A stretch of 64,000 nucleotides of DNA from Podarcis cretensis. Lineage: Eukaryota. Positions 1-12,726 of the stretch are shown piece by piece; position 1 is the stretch's first letter, and every line of letters starts with the position of its first letter. Location: assembly GCA_951804945.1 (NCBI GenBank), contig OX638156.1, positions 49,166,001-49,230,000 of the forward strand, in the 5' to 3' direction. The notes under the pieces are model-generated. The model ran no database searches. It had not been told where the DNA came from and worked only from the letters and a program-made list of their open reading frames with translations. The position numbers were made by a program, and so were the translations under genes.

Positions 1-134
1 GCTGAGCCAGCGGCTCCGACGTCTCTACCCGGCTGTAAACCAGGCCGAGACGCCGCTGCCGCGCGCCTGGAGCCCCAAGGACAAGTACAACTACATCGGC
101 CTCTCCCAGGGCAACCTGCGCGTCCACTACAAAG
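1..134 (+). CDS. RANBP10: RANBP10 coding exon 1 (5' part outside window)
   Basis: From position 2 reads [45 protein letters not shown], the start of the RanBP9/10 SPRY domain. GT donor at 135. Confidence 0.96.
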
Positions 135-600
135 GTAGGGGGTGGGGAAGGCGGCGGGGGGAGACGCGCTGAGGGGGGAGAAGATTCCGGGCGGGGGCGG
201 TTGGGGCGAAGGCCTGGGGCTGTGGGGGGGTCACCCTCTGAAGGTGATGAGCGGTGGGTGTGAAGGAGAGAGAGGCGAAGATGGTGACTGGGTGGAAAAA
301 CGCTTCGGGGAGAAGGCGTTGAGGATCGGCAGGAGGGTTTCAGGAGGGGAGTGAGGTGGCAACGGGCCCTTGTCGCATCTGAGGGGTATCGGGGGGAACT
401 GATCCATGGGAGACCCTGCCAAAGGGCAGTTCTCCTGGGGCGCTGTTTGAGGATCCGGAGCGCGGGTGGGTTTGGGGCTTGGCTCGACCTGACTTAATTG
501 AACTTGCCTGTTGCGCTGCCAGCGATGGGATCTCTCCAGGGGTCAGCGCAGTTCCTGTGAAGCAGGCAGAAGGGGATTTCCTCCCTGTCCTGATAGCTGT
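1..600. promoter_or_regulatory. CpG-island-like GC-rich region over exon 1 and the start of intron 1
   Basis: Visibly high GC and CpG density compared with the rest of the window. Confidence 0.7.
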
Positions 601-920
601 GTGGGGTTGGCACGAGCCTTTCCCAACAGCAGACAGCCAGATTATTGTTTACATGATCAAGGCAGAAAATCATTCCTTTGTGCCTTCCCTGGAATTTGGA
701 GTGCTGATCTGTTTGCCCCCAAATAGGGCCCTAGTGCCTATATTTCTTGTTGTCTTTTCATGAGAACTGACAAAGGAAGAGACAGAACCATGCATGCTGT
801 TTCCTCGTCCTTTCCCCCATGGTGCAGTGCAGGGGCCCACTGCTTTGTCAACCAAGCATCATCTTAAGGGTTTCTGTGCAGAATGATTCTGGCTCTTTTA
901 AAGTCTGTGTTCTAGTCTGA

Positions 921-1118
<198 letters not shown>

Positions 1119-2544
1119 TAAGTGTGTTCTTCTAATGCCTCTTGGACAGTTTGTCTTTCTTTTTAGAGGGTTTGGAACAAATCTCACTGCATACACTTCA
1201 ACTAGATAGGGATGCTTTGTATGTGGGGGGAGCCATATGGATTATATCAAACTCATACTTAGATCCACTGAAATTAATGGACATGACTGATTTAGGTCCA
1301 TTACTTTTACTCTGAGTGTGATTCAGGTAGGTAAAACCTAATGTGTCTATGCAGCCCCAAATGTAGGATGTTGCACTAGTTTTAATTTTAAAATAGGGAA
1401 CTGAGCCAGGTCTTTGGTTTTGATTCAGGTTCAGTTGGGAGGATACAGCTGTGATTCAGGTTCAACTCCAGTTCAAGAAAAAAAAAAACCGGTTTGACTT
1501 CCTGCCATCAAATGCCAAGCCAGTAATATAGACCTAGATGAGGCATGCTTATTATGCTGCTCCCTTTGCTGGCTGTTATGGATAATTATACCAAGCAGAC
1601 GTCTTAAAATTCCAGTGTGGCTTGTTAGTGTGTTGGGACTGAAATCCAATATGGCAGTGACTGTAATGGATGTGGAGGAGAAGAATCCACATAGCTGAGT
1701 GGAGCAGAAGAAAGTGCTATTCTGTTTGTAGTATTAAAAATGTGTATAAGAATTCTCTTTTTGTATTTGCTCAAGACAAAATATATGGGTGACATGCTAG
1801 GTAGTTTTATGGTCATGAGGAAAATGAGAGCATAGATGGTCCACTAAATCTACAGGATAGTTGGAATTGCAGTTCAGTAATCTCTGATCAATAGGAAAAT
1901 GGCAGCTTTCATCTGTTAAAGCAGCATCAGAAAATCTTTTTCCATGTGATACCACATAGGCTATAGACTTGAATACATTATGCCAGGAGAGTCTTATTGT
2001 CTTCTTTCTTGCATGTTATTATTATTTAAATTTATTAGTCACTATATCTTGCTGAGGGCAACCCAAAGCAACTTGCTATCCAAAGCATACTTTACAACAA
2101 GTAGCTTTGAGGTATTGAACTCTTAATAATGAACAAAAAGGGTTTTTTCAAAGATGAAGGTGCTGAAAAAAAGAGGCCACGGCCAAACGTAGAACTCTTC
2201 TAAGAAATTTCTTCATTTGCTTTGCCAGAAATTGTGTTTGTACATTGAACAGTTGATAACTTGGAGAGAAAGGAAATAAGAGCTTAGCAATGGGAGGTGG
2301 ACTTTGGTGACTTACATTTGACAAATAGTTACAACTGTTTGTTGGGTGTGGTGATATATCTGTGGGCACCACATCTTTATAAATCCAGTGTCACAACATG
2401 GGTGTGGAGACTGAAAAAAACCTCTTCTAAATACTGTTTACTCCCTGTGGTACTATAGTAGAATTTTTTGTGTCATTGTTTCAGTTGCTGAAGTGAGAAA
2501 TCAGATACCAGCTGCTCTTGAATATCTGTTTACTCTTGGCATTG

Positions 2545-2725
2545 TTAAGACCAGGATTCAAATCTCTTCTCAGTCATGGAGCTCACTGGGTCTCCTTGGA
2601 CCAGTCACCATCTCTTAGCCTAACCTACCTCACAGGATTGTTGTGAGGATGAAATGGGGAAGAGGAGAAACATGTATACCATATCGAGCTCCTTGGAAGA
2701 TAGAGGTGGTGTATAAATAAATACA
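2545..2725 (+). mobile_element. CORE/MIR-like tRNA-derived SINE (squamate)
   Basis: B-box-like ggattcaaatc, then ctcactgggt...ttggaccagtcac...cctacctcacaggattgttgtgagga. Confidence 0.75.
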
Positions 2726-5555
2726 TAACTTGTACCAGAGGCTCCATTTTTAGGGTTCCATATAGACAATTGATGACCAGTGGAGGTAGATAATGTTTAG
2801 ATTCGTAACCAAATATCCTTTGGGGAGCAGTGATTTATACCTTATTAGCTATGCCCAGAAGAAGCTGCTAGTGGAGGCATTGGTATGGTATTTAGCCAAG
2901 CCATCCTCTTATATTGTACAAAATTTATAATCAAAGTACTAAGGTGCAATCTGACATAAAGCTTCTTGTGTAAGAATGGGACTCTCCTTGCTTCCTTGAG
3001 ACTGTCTTTGTCCAAAGAGTGGTGGATATGGGATGATGCTTTGTTTGTGAGTCCTGTTGAAAAGGCACAGTTGGGGATTCCACCGCAGCTAAGGGTGGGA
3101 GGCCTGGTGATGAACTTGGGAAAGCAGAGGTCTGCTTTCCAAAAATATTGGAAACTAAGTTATGCAGATATCTTCACCCTGGACCACCAGGTGTGTTTTC
3201 TAGGCCTTAGAGAAGTATTTCACCTGCAACTAATTTCAGTCTCTTTGGGGTTCAAACTGGGTGTATTAATTAATTTTCATTTGGCTAACCAAATATGGAG
3301 CGTGGAGCAATGTGTCCTAGGACAGAATTTCCTTGGTGGTTTTTTTGATGCCATCATTCCACAAGAGCTTCAAAAACATCCAGTAAAACAACTCCTGTGG
3401 TATATATGGTCTGTTTTTGTTCAAAAGACACTCATTTTTGTTACCATTTAGTCATGCTTATTTATCCTTCAAACTGGAGAACTAAAATAAAAACCACTTG
3501 TACTTTTGGGTTACAGGCCTGCGGAAAGTGCAATTACCAGGCATTAATTTTGGCTATATTTTGTGTGGGTCTGCATGTGGAGACGCCATTTCTGTTTTTA
3601 AGTTCAGGATGCATCTTGCCTACTTCATGAAGACTGAAGCAGCATTACCCAGCAGCTAAGTCATTTCCCTTCAAAAGAAACTGAGGAAGAAATATTGGCT
3701 GAACAGAGTGGCTGAAAACTTTCTAAAGTTGGGAGGAATTTGATGCATTGAAGTCCAAATAAAAATCTCTGCAAGGTTCTAGAAATGATAGCAGCATGGC
3801 GTTGTCTGAGAAATACCTAAGCCATTTAATTCTGAAGCACTTTTTTTGTAGGTTCTACTGCCTGCTAGGTCCTGTTCAGTTAACCAGAAAACACTACCTG
3901 TGCCAAGGAGCAAAGTTTACTAATGTCTGCAGCATAAAATGCTTTCAGTATCACATTTACTCTGAATATTATTACTTCCTTCCCTAATGCAGGGAGGAGA
4001 ATAGTGGGGTAGAGAAGAGCTGGACAAAATCTCATAAGTTTTGTACATCCTGCCCCTTGTATTTTGTCCCCCAGCTCCTTGTGGAGTTTCCTAATCAAAT
4101 AATCTATCTGGCATAAAGTGTACTGATAGTAAGATTTTAAGTTGCATAAGATTGGAGACAGCAGTCCAAAGAATGTAGAGTGAATTGCTATTAACAGAGG
4201 TTGAATTGGAGGATGTATTTCAACATTCTGTTTCCAGAAGATGTTATCCAGCGGTGGATACAGCTCTAGATCTATGTAGATAGACACGTATCAAGACATG
4301 GGGTTGTTTCTGGCTAAGTCAGAGGAGATCCATAGAAATTAGTGGATTAAAGTTCATCATGACTAAAATCCACTTATTTCAATGGGTCTACTCTTAGTGT
4401 TATTTAACTGGATACAGCCTATTGGCTTACACAATTTGGTGAGTGGATCTGGATCAGATTTTATTACAGCATTGCTTTTAAGTAGTAAACGCTTCTGGCT
4501 GGAACAAATTTAATTTGTTATGCAGTTCCCAGAATGATTGTAAATATTTGGTATCTGATACTAACTGGTAGGTAAAGACAATTTCCAGAGTGACCATGAT
4601 TGCCACAGAAGTGGTCTGTGGCCTATAGTGATGTGAGGATTACCCTGTAAAGTAATTTTAAATTGAAACCTTGGTCATAAATCCAGTTACTGGATGTTGA
4701 TTGTTTTAACTAGAGCTCAGAAAAAGGGGCTACTATGCTGTTCCTACGGCAGGTGAGAATTGAATAGTTTGCTATCAGTGGTGTTATCAGGAAGTATTCT
4801 GTACACAACAACTGACTCAAAGTGATCAGATCCATGCAGACTAGAATCAAACTTCTGAGGATAACTTGAGTAAATATCAGGTATGTAATATTTCTGCACT
4901 TTCCCAGCTGTAACCAGTTGGTCTTGGCAATACAGAAACATTGATTGCATTGTCAAGTCAGAGAGAGGCTGAGCCTGGTGGTGGAAACAGTCGTTCCCTG
5001 AATGTGGCCTATTGCGGATCCGGTGGGAATTGTCACCCCTGAAGCTGCTGGAATCTTAAGAGTATATCTAGCTGCTGCTAGCTTCCAAAATTATACTGAT
5101 TCATTCTGATTCAACCTCATGGAAGGAGAGCATGTATATAAAAATTGAAAGTAAAATGGTTCACTTTAAGAACTGGGTTGGTAAACAGTTGCTTAGTACA
5201 GTGTGGTAATACATATAGTTGTGCCATAGCATCTAACCCAGCAGTCCGTCCGTCCCCCCCAAAAAAAAAGAACTATTGAGATCTATAGAAAAGCTCACAC
5301 ATTCACTATGCATTTGTTAGGGACTGCGTGAAACCCATTCCATTAATGGAATGTATGAACCCTTCTCCCATATAACCAGTGCAATTGCAGGCTGTGTTGT
5401 CAGCAGCAAAGACTTCCTTCTTGGATCTTAGGCTCAGGTGAATCCAGCAAAAAAATGCTATTTGGAGTGCATTTGGTGGTGGCTCACTTTGGTACCCTAG
5501 GCTTGTCTGTTCAGACAATTGTTGGATATGTTGCATTGTGGGAATGGACCTATAC

Positions 5556-5888
5556 CAGGGATATCCAACAGGTCGACTGTGATCGACAGGTCGACCCCGG
5601 GTTGTTAGAAGTCAATTGCAGTCGATTGCAGGTTCATTTTTGTCCACGGGTTAAAAGGAGCATTTGGCCTGCCCCTCCCTCTTTCCTTTACTGCACACAA
5701 TTTCAAGAGCGGAAGACGGAGTTTCTGCTGGTGGAATGACTTATTGTTTATCTGTTTTTGTTGCTGCCCTCCCCAAAAAAGGTCGACAATTTCGACCTCC
5801 CTCCCCCCCCCAAAAAAAAATAGGTAGATCACTTCCAGTTTTTCATTCTGTGAGTAGATCACAATCTCTTGGGATTTGGACGTCCCTG
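5556..5888. mobile_element. Non-autonomous hAT-like DNA transposon
   Basis: TIRs CAGGGATATCCAA / TTGGACGTCCCTG, imperfect 8-bp TSD (acctatac/aactatag), subterminal GTCGAC/GATC repeats. Confidence 0.7.
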
Positions 5889-8800
5889 AACTATAGTATA
5901 TGCTTTATGGATATAAAGTGATATTGACATTATGGAAAGAGGTCTTGTTTGTATATGTTTGGTCCTTAATTACAGAATACCCAAAGTTTCAAACCAGTAT
6001 GGTATGGGGATGACAAGAGAATGAAATAGCCCAGTTCTTTAAAAGAGTGATACTGGCTACCAAGAGGCTGATTTGGCCAAAACGAAAGCTCAAATGAATA
6101 AGATTATAAATCACTTGGGTTTTTTGTGACCCTTGCAGTAATTGAGAAAGTAGCCTATATGAAAAGGGAGATGTTTGAAGGTATTTTGCAAGGCTTTTTT
6201 TGGCCTCAACAGGGTTAAGGAGGTGCTTACCTGGGGCAGCTGACAGAGAATCAGGGACACACCTTTTTTTCTTACATATATTATTTATCATATTACTGAA
6301 TCCTTTCTCATTTTCACTGTTTTAGTCAGCTTGCCATTTTGATTTGGGTATCTTGGAGTTAGGACTTTGGGAGGGAGGAAGAACTCTTAAGGGATGTGTA
6401 AAGTTCTATAAGGAAGGGGTAGGTGGGTTGGGAAAAGGAAGAGTTAAAAACTCAATTTGAACCTTTTTTTTTTTTTTTGTATTTTGGTTCTTTTAGCATA
6501 CCATAACATTTCAGATAGTAAAAACTGAATAATGAAAGGAGGGGTGATGTTAGCATGACAGTAGCAATTAATAATACTTGTTATTTGCACAGTGTGTTTC
6601 TACAATACATTGATAGAGTTTTGACTTTTATATCAGTAAGCTTTACAGCAGCCCTGTAAGGTAGTCTTGATGGGTGACCCTCAGATTACAGATGGGAAAC
6701 TGAGATGTAATGACGGTTGTCTAAGGTCACCCTGCAGGTTCATGACTGAGCTGGGTATTGAATCAGGGGCTTCTGATTTCTTAATTGTTAAATGACAAGA
6801 TTGTTTTGAATAATTAGGACCCTGAAGAAATAACTAAAAATGGAGACACGTGGAATGCCTTTGGAAACAGAAGCAGATTTTCTTCACAGGAAAGTGAGAA
6901 GTCACTCCCATGTTGCAGTTCTTCTGATAGTACATTTCTGTCACAATAGTAGCTATAAGCTACTACTGCATAAGCATTTCCAGGGTAGCCTAATGATATG
7001 GAACACCCTTCTGTTAGGATTTAATGCATAGTGCCAAGGGCTAACTTAGACAAGGAGTTCCTGTACCAGGGTTTGGGGCACTCTTTCAGTAACAAGCAGA
7101 GCCACTAAGGATCTTAGCCTTCTTATAGCTGAAAAACTGTCTTCTCAATTTTAAAGTGGTGGATGATTATGCCTAGACCATTCCTTGCAGAGCAGTGGGT
7201 TCATGCCAGTACAAGTGCCAGCTAGCTGTAATGACAAGTGAAAGCAAGTGGATATTGACATCAAACAGTAGCTGAAAGGAATTGTAAGGAAGAGATAATA
7301 AAAAATGGGGGGGGGGAGCCCTCAGGAGCAGAGGCAGCTCAGTACAGTAAGAGCTCTCAATGAAGGGATTAGACTGTCTGCAACTTATTCCTGTAGGCTT
7401 CCAAAAGGCTGAATTCATCCAGCATCTGTAGCTGTAGGCAAGCCATTTTAAGTATTTGCACTTTTCCATTTGACCATGCTAATACCAGCCAGTATATGCT
7501 GTGCCGGTGGTGAATGTGTCAACTTTGATGACAGAACACGGTGGATTTCATAGTAACTGTTAGTAAAAATGGCACAGTGCTTTTTGTGCTGTTAACTATG
7601 GCATTGATGCTTATGCTACTCAGCTGGTGATGCTGGGTTGGGTGAAGTTTTGTGTTTGAAATAATTGTGATGCAAAGAGTGCTGTACAGTTGCTTTGTAC
7701 TGTAAGAAGGTTTGTATAATTATTGTACAGTCATACAAAGACCAGCGATCTCATGTTTTTAATATTTTGTTGGGAGCTTCCCAGAGTAGTTGTAACTGCC
7801 CAGTTGGAAGGGCGGCATAAATAATAAAGTTGTTATTGTTGTATTTTTCCTGGAATACTGCAATTTGGCAGCACCGACATTGCAACACGGTAGTGTGTTT
7901 GGACATGGGAATCTATATATGTTCAGTCATGACATCTCAGTGGAGCATATCAGTCTTTCTGCCTCATTCCATCTGCAAAATGGATAACAGTTATCCTAGC
8001 TCATAGTATTCTTGCAAGTGTGGTGTCCTGATAATACATACCTGCATGTGCATATATAGCTGTAGTGATATGGCATGGCACGATGGTATTGTTGGATTGT
8101 TTGCTTGGTTTGGAATTCTGTACCCTGGTTGTACCCGTAAATAGTTTTCTGCTAAATTGGGTGTTTATGCTTGGCTGTGAGAATGGCTCTTCTTTAGAAT
8201 GGGGATGAGCTATTAATACAATAAACAGCATGAACTGTGTGACTGTCACAACTAGTATTTCATCCCTGGCATGCAATGTTTATAAAGTACATGGATTCTT
8301 TCATATGAGTTACATACACTTAAAAAAAACTATGCTCCAGCTATTGTTCATAATGGGGTTGGAATGTGTCCAGTCCCCTTGAAGCAAACAGAGGTCAGTG
8401 CCAGCTGCCCACTGGAGGGCATTTTAATTTTTGAGAGCAACAGTTTTTCTACTTTGGCACCCAAACCTTTAGCAATCTACCAGTAATCTGGACTGATATG
8501 AAAGAGTGCTTCTACTTGTAGAGTTGCCTGAATCTTCTTATGGGAGCCATTTTGCTTTGCCTTCCCCATAGACTTTGTGAAAGTCATAACTTCTGGTGCT
8601 TAAGAACAGTTTTTCTATGTTTAAGAATTTGAACCAGATCACCAAGGATTGGTGTACTTTTAAATGGGGCACTTGCTTTTCCTCTGTGTGCCTGCAGAGC
8701 AGTTAATCACAAAACATACAAGCTTAAAGCATAAATGCAATTTAAAAACATAAGTAAATGCCACAGGAAGAAAACAGATAACAGAGAAACATTTCAGAGG

Positions 8801-9055
8801 ATTTTCTTTCTTTTTCTGTACAATTACTCAGCTCCCTGAAATTAAAAACAACAACAAAAACAGGAAAAACAGTTATTGATGAAGTTCAATAGAACCCCCT
8901 TCTTCCTGAAAATATCATATTGTTTGAAAACTGATTAATAGTGAAATAATTGGGGGGAGAGGGGTTTCTCTCCATATTGACAAGAATAAGATCTACTAAA
9001 GATGTTCTGCTGTGTAAAAGTAGGAATCTTTGCAATGGGCTTAGTGGTATTAATA

Positions 9056-9269
9056 CAGTGGACCCTCGGGTTACGTTACCTTGGGTAACATAACTTTCGG
9101 GTTGCGAACCCGGCAAACCCGGAAGTGTATATTTCTGGGTTTCGTCGCATGCACAGAAACGCTCTATCATGCCACATGCGTGCGCAGAAGCGGCGCTTCT
9201 AGATGCAGATTTTTCGGGGTGTGTATGGACCCCCGGAACGAATTAAGTTCTTATCCGGAGGGTCCACTG
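9056..9269. mobile_element. Tc1/pogo (Tigger-like) MITE
   Basis: TA|CAGTGGACCCTC...GAGGGTCCACTG|TA. Confidence 0.88.
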
Positions 9270-9499
9270 TAATCAGCTCTGGTGGTAAGGAGCACTTCTT
9301 CACATTAATGCAAGGCATTCAAAACAATCCCTCCAAGATCTGAAGAGCTGTAGCATGGAGGCTAGGTTGTTTTGGTAGCATATGAGCACAGTAGCAAGGA
9401 GGAGAAAACATGAGAAAAAAGTTAGCAACTTTAAGAGTATTTAGTTAGAAATACTGAAATATGGTAACTAAAAGTGGGTAGACTGCTGAGTGGTTCAGC

Positions 9500-10050
9500 C
9501 AACTGAGATTACGTAGCTGTGGCCTTGAAAGAGCTGCACTGGCTGCCAGTATGCTGATAACCCAAATTTAATGCACTGCTAGCAATGACTCATAAAACCT
9601 TATACAAAATGGGACCAAAATGCTTGAAGAAGCATCTCTTTCTGCATCAGCCTGTCTCCACTCTTCATGCTAAGATCATTGGTTGGATTTCCTCCAGTTG
9701 AGATCAGTTATGTGGCAGCTTGGGAAAGAGCCTTCTCTGTGGTGGTGCCCCATCTATGTAATGTCTTCCCTGCTGAGCTAAAGCTGATGTTGAATCTTAC
9801 TAGATTTTGTTTAGAGGTGAAGAGTTGTCTCCTGACAAGGGCCTTTATGGTTACAGGTTATTAATGCTTGGGCCAGGTGCTGAGATGGTTGTACTGGTTT
9901 TGTTCTGTGTGTGTCCTTGCTGAGGTTCTCTCTGCCCTTGTTTTATGGCATTACAGTTGATACTGTGGCTTTTTATTTTTATTGTACCATGTTGTGGGTT
10001 GCTTTGCAGTCAAGAGCCAACTTACAACACTTCTAAATAAAAATAAAATG
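9500..10050 (+). mobile_element. L2-type LINE 3' remnant
   Basis: aaagagctgcactggctgccag (ELHWLP) and gagccttctctgtggtggtgccccatctatg (RAFSVVVPHL), ending in an A-rich tail. Confidence 0.65.
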
Positions 10051-11326
10051 AATAAATCCTTTTAAGGATTTTGGGTAAAAACTGGACTAGAGTCTGAGGT
10101 ATGGGGGCATGTGATCAATTCCTTCCAGCTTCAATATCCTATTAATATTATTACTGCCCAGGGCTCTTTTGTGAGGAAAAATAGAAATTTAATAAATGAA
10201 TAAAAAATAACTGATGGACTTATCTTTAATTAGAGCTAGACTAGACAGTGCTCTGGACACCTCTCAAGAGTCATCTGCTGTAATACTGGAGTCAAGTTCC
10301 TGGTGGATGCAAGCAATTTTGTCCTCATAATGCTTTGCAAACAATTCATAGCAAGCTACCCTTGGTTCTGTCACCTTCAGGTGTGCAGCAGTGACTCAGA
10401 CATAGGGAGGTCAGGTGAGCAGTGCAGCCCCACCACTCCATCCAGTATGGGTAGTTGGTCTGTGCATATCAGGTAATTAAATCTAGGCTTAGAATTTTGA
10501 ACATGGACCCTCTTCCAAACTTCTGTTGTCTGTTTTGGAGTAAGGACCTTAACTTCTCCTGTCTTTACAATGGCAGTTAAATACTGCAGGTTCTTTGAAT
10601 GTGTAAACCTCTTTTTACTTGTCCCAACCAATTAGGTTTCCTTTTGTGTGAAACGGTAAGGCCAAGGATTACAATGTAAAAAGATCAGAAGCTTCATGAA
10701 CTGTGGGAGGCCAAGATGGGGAAGAACTCCTGCCAGCAGTAGATAATTCAACCATCCTATCTCTGCTCGACAATGCACCCTGCTTAGTCACTGGAGAAGG
10801 AAGCAGCTTGTGTGCAGCTGGAGATGAGGCATGCATGCAGTGCTTCTACAAAGCTGCTGTTCCCAGATTGCTGCATGCTAATTCTGACTGGGGGGTGGGA
10901 TGCCGCCCTGTTTAAGAGGCATCTCTGTGTACAGTTCTTACCTTTGGGATAGGCCTCCTAGCAAAATTAATTTACATGCGTTACCAGTGACTATATTTTA
11001 AAAGCATATACTTTTTGATATTCCAGCAAAGGGGAGGTAGTTTGCTGAGCACATCAAGAAGGTTTGATAAGGAACTACTGCCTTCTTGCTGACCACCGGC
11101 AAGAGGCCCCGGTGCCTGGGAAGGGGAGTCAGCCTTTCTCGGGGGCCGATCACCAACACTGCCCTGGCTAGCTGTGCCATTTTGTGCAGGATTTCAGAAG
11201 GAATCTGATCACAGCCTCTGTTGAATGATAACTTAAACTGTGCTTTCAGTTAGGAATAGCAGCATTGTGTGATTTTGCTTGGCCATTCTCTCTCTGCTGT
11301 ATTAACACACTTTTGTTTGCTTGAAG

Positions 11327-11379
11327 GTACATGGGGATAGGACTCTCAGCCCAAGGTGTCAACATGAACAGACTTCCTG
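11327..11379 (+). CDS. RANBP10: RANBP10 exon 3
   Basis: ttgaag| YMGIGLSAQGVNMNRLP |gtgagt; 53 nt. Confidence 0.96.
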
Positions 11380-12600
11380 GTGAGTCATTATTAATAATTG
11401 TTTGTGCTTGTCCTGTGTGCCAGTAACCACTACGCTGGAATTGTACACTTCTAAGAGGGGGATGTGCTCACTACTTTTGGAGCCAGAACTTTGTTTGGAG
11501 GGAACTTTGCTACAAATTTACTACTTAAAATTTGTTAAACACATACAGCTTATGAAACCTCTTCCAACACCCTTGAATCTTACGCTTCCTTGCTTTTCTT
11601 TCCACAAACCTTTAGCTGTCCTCCAGTCTTTCCATTTCTATAATAGGATTCTGAGTTGCAGTACATCTTTGATTGCAGCATAGTTCCTTTGTGCCACAGA
11701 ATGTCACTTGATCTGTCAGATGGGTATGGCGCGTAGGAGAAATGGGCATTGTCGCTTTCTGTTCTCTTCTGCATCGTGCAGATATATTTCTTCTGTGTTT
11801 CCGAACATATGTTAAATCACTTAATATTTTATTCTGTCCCCACGGCTACTTTTTTTGTTAAGAATAGGAGTCACTAAGTCATTGTCTCAAAACAGAATCC
11901 AGCCCTTTGAGAAATGCTACTTCTGCCACGCACCACCATCACCCACATTTCCCAGTCCCTCACTTAGGTGTGGTATGCCTAATGCATGCTTGTTGACTGG
12001 CACCAGTTAGGGTGTTGTGGGTCAGTCTAGGTATTGACATGTGTGTTCTGGAAGTGCCTCCCTTGCTGTGCTAAGCTGACTAGATGCTGCCTGGGTTCCT
12101 CCCAGTCCTGGTGATATTATTTGACCCCAAATGGTGGTAATTTAGTGGCATAGTTCCGGTGCAGACCCTAACTATAATGGACTTGGTTTATCCTTGGCAT
12201 TGTAAGGATTGCTCACAAGTTTGAATAAAGTCTTAGGATATTCAGTCCTCAAATCCTATATCAGTTAGCACAGAAGGACTTGCATTGTGCATGAGTTACT
12301 CAGTAACACCAGCTAATCTTGTGGTGATGATGATGAGAGTACAGCCCTAGTTTGCAGTCATTTTATAACAAATGTATTGATCAAGATTGGAAGAGCCACT
12401 GCCTCTGTGTACTGACTCAACACCCTCAGGAGCCACACTACCTCTGGTTAGCTTTTTAACCTCTGTTGTCCACTATGAACAGCAACAGGGTTTACTAATG
12501 CTTTCCCCTTTGTATGCACTGTAGCTCAGCTGAAACTGCTGTATTTCAGATCCCTTCCAATCATGTGCATTTATACTTATAACGCAGGATAACACTTCGT

Positions 12601-12726
12601 GCTTCTGATGAAGTGGACTCTGTTCCTCAAATGGTTATGTCCTAATAAACGTGTTAGTCTTTAAAATGACACAAGACACTTTGCTGCGGTTGCTGTGACA
12701 GACTAACATGGTCACCACACTGAAAC
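12601..12726 (+). mobile_element. Penelope-like element terminal remnant
   Basis: ttctgatgaagtggactc...aataaacgtgttagtctttaaaatgacacaagac...cagactaacatgg resembles reptile Penelope pseudo-LTR ends (recognised from memory). Confidence 0.6.

Noticed and set aside
2966-4287. 161-aa (+) and 135-aa (-) ORFs in intron 2
   Set aside because: No recognisable motifs, non-ATG starts, and the RANBP10 frame is complete without them. Probably chance ORFs or eroded LINE sequence.
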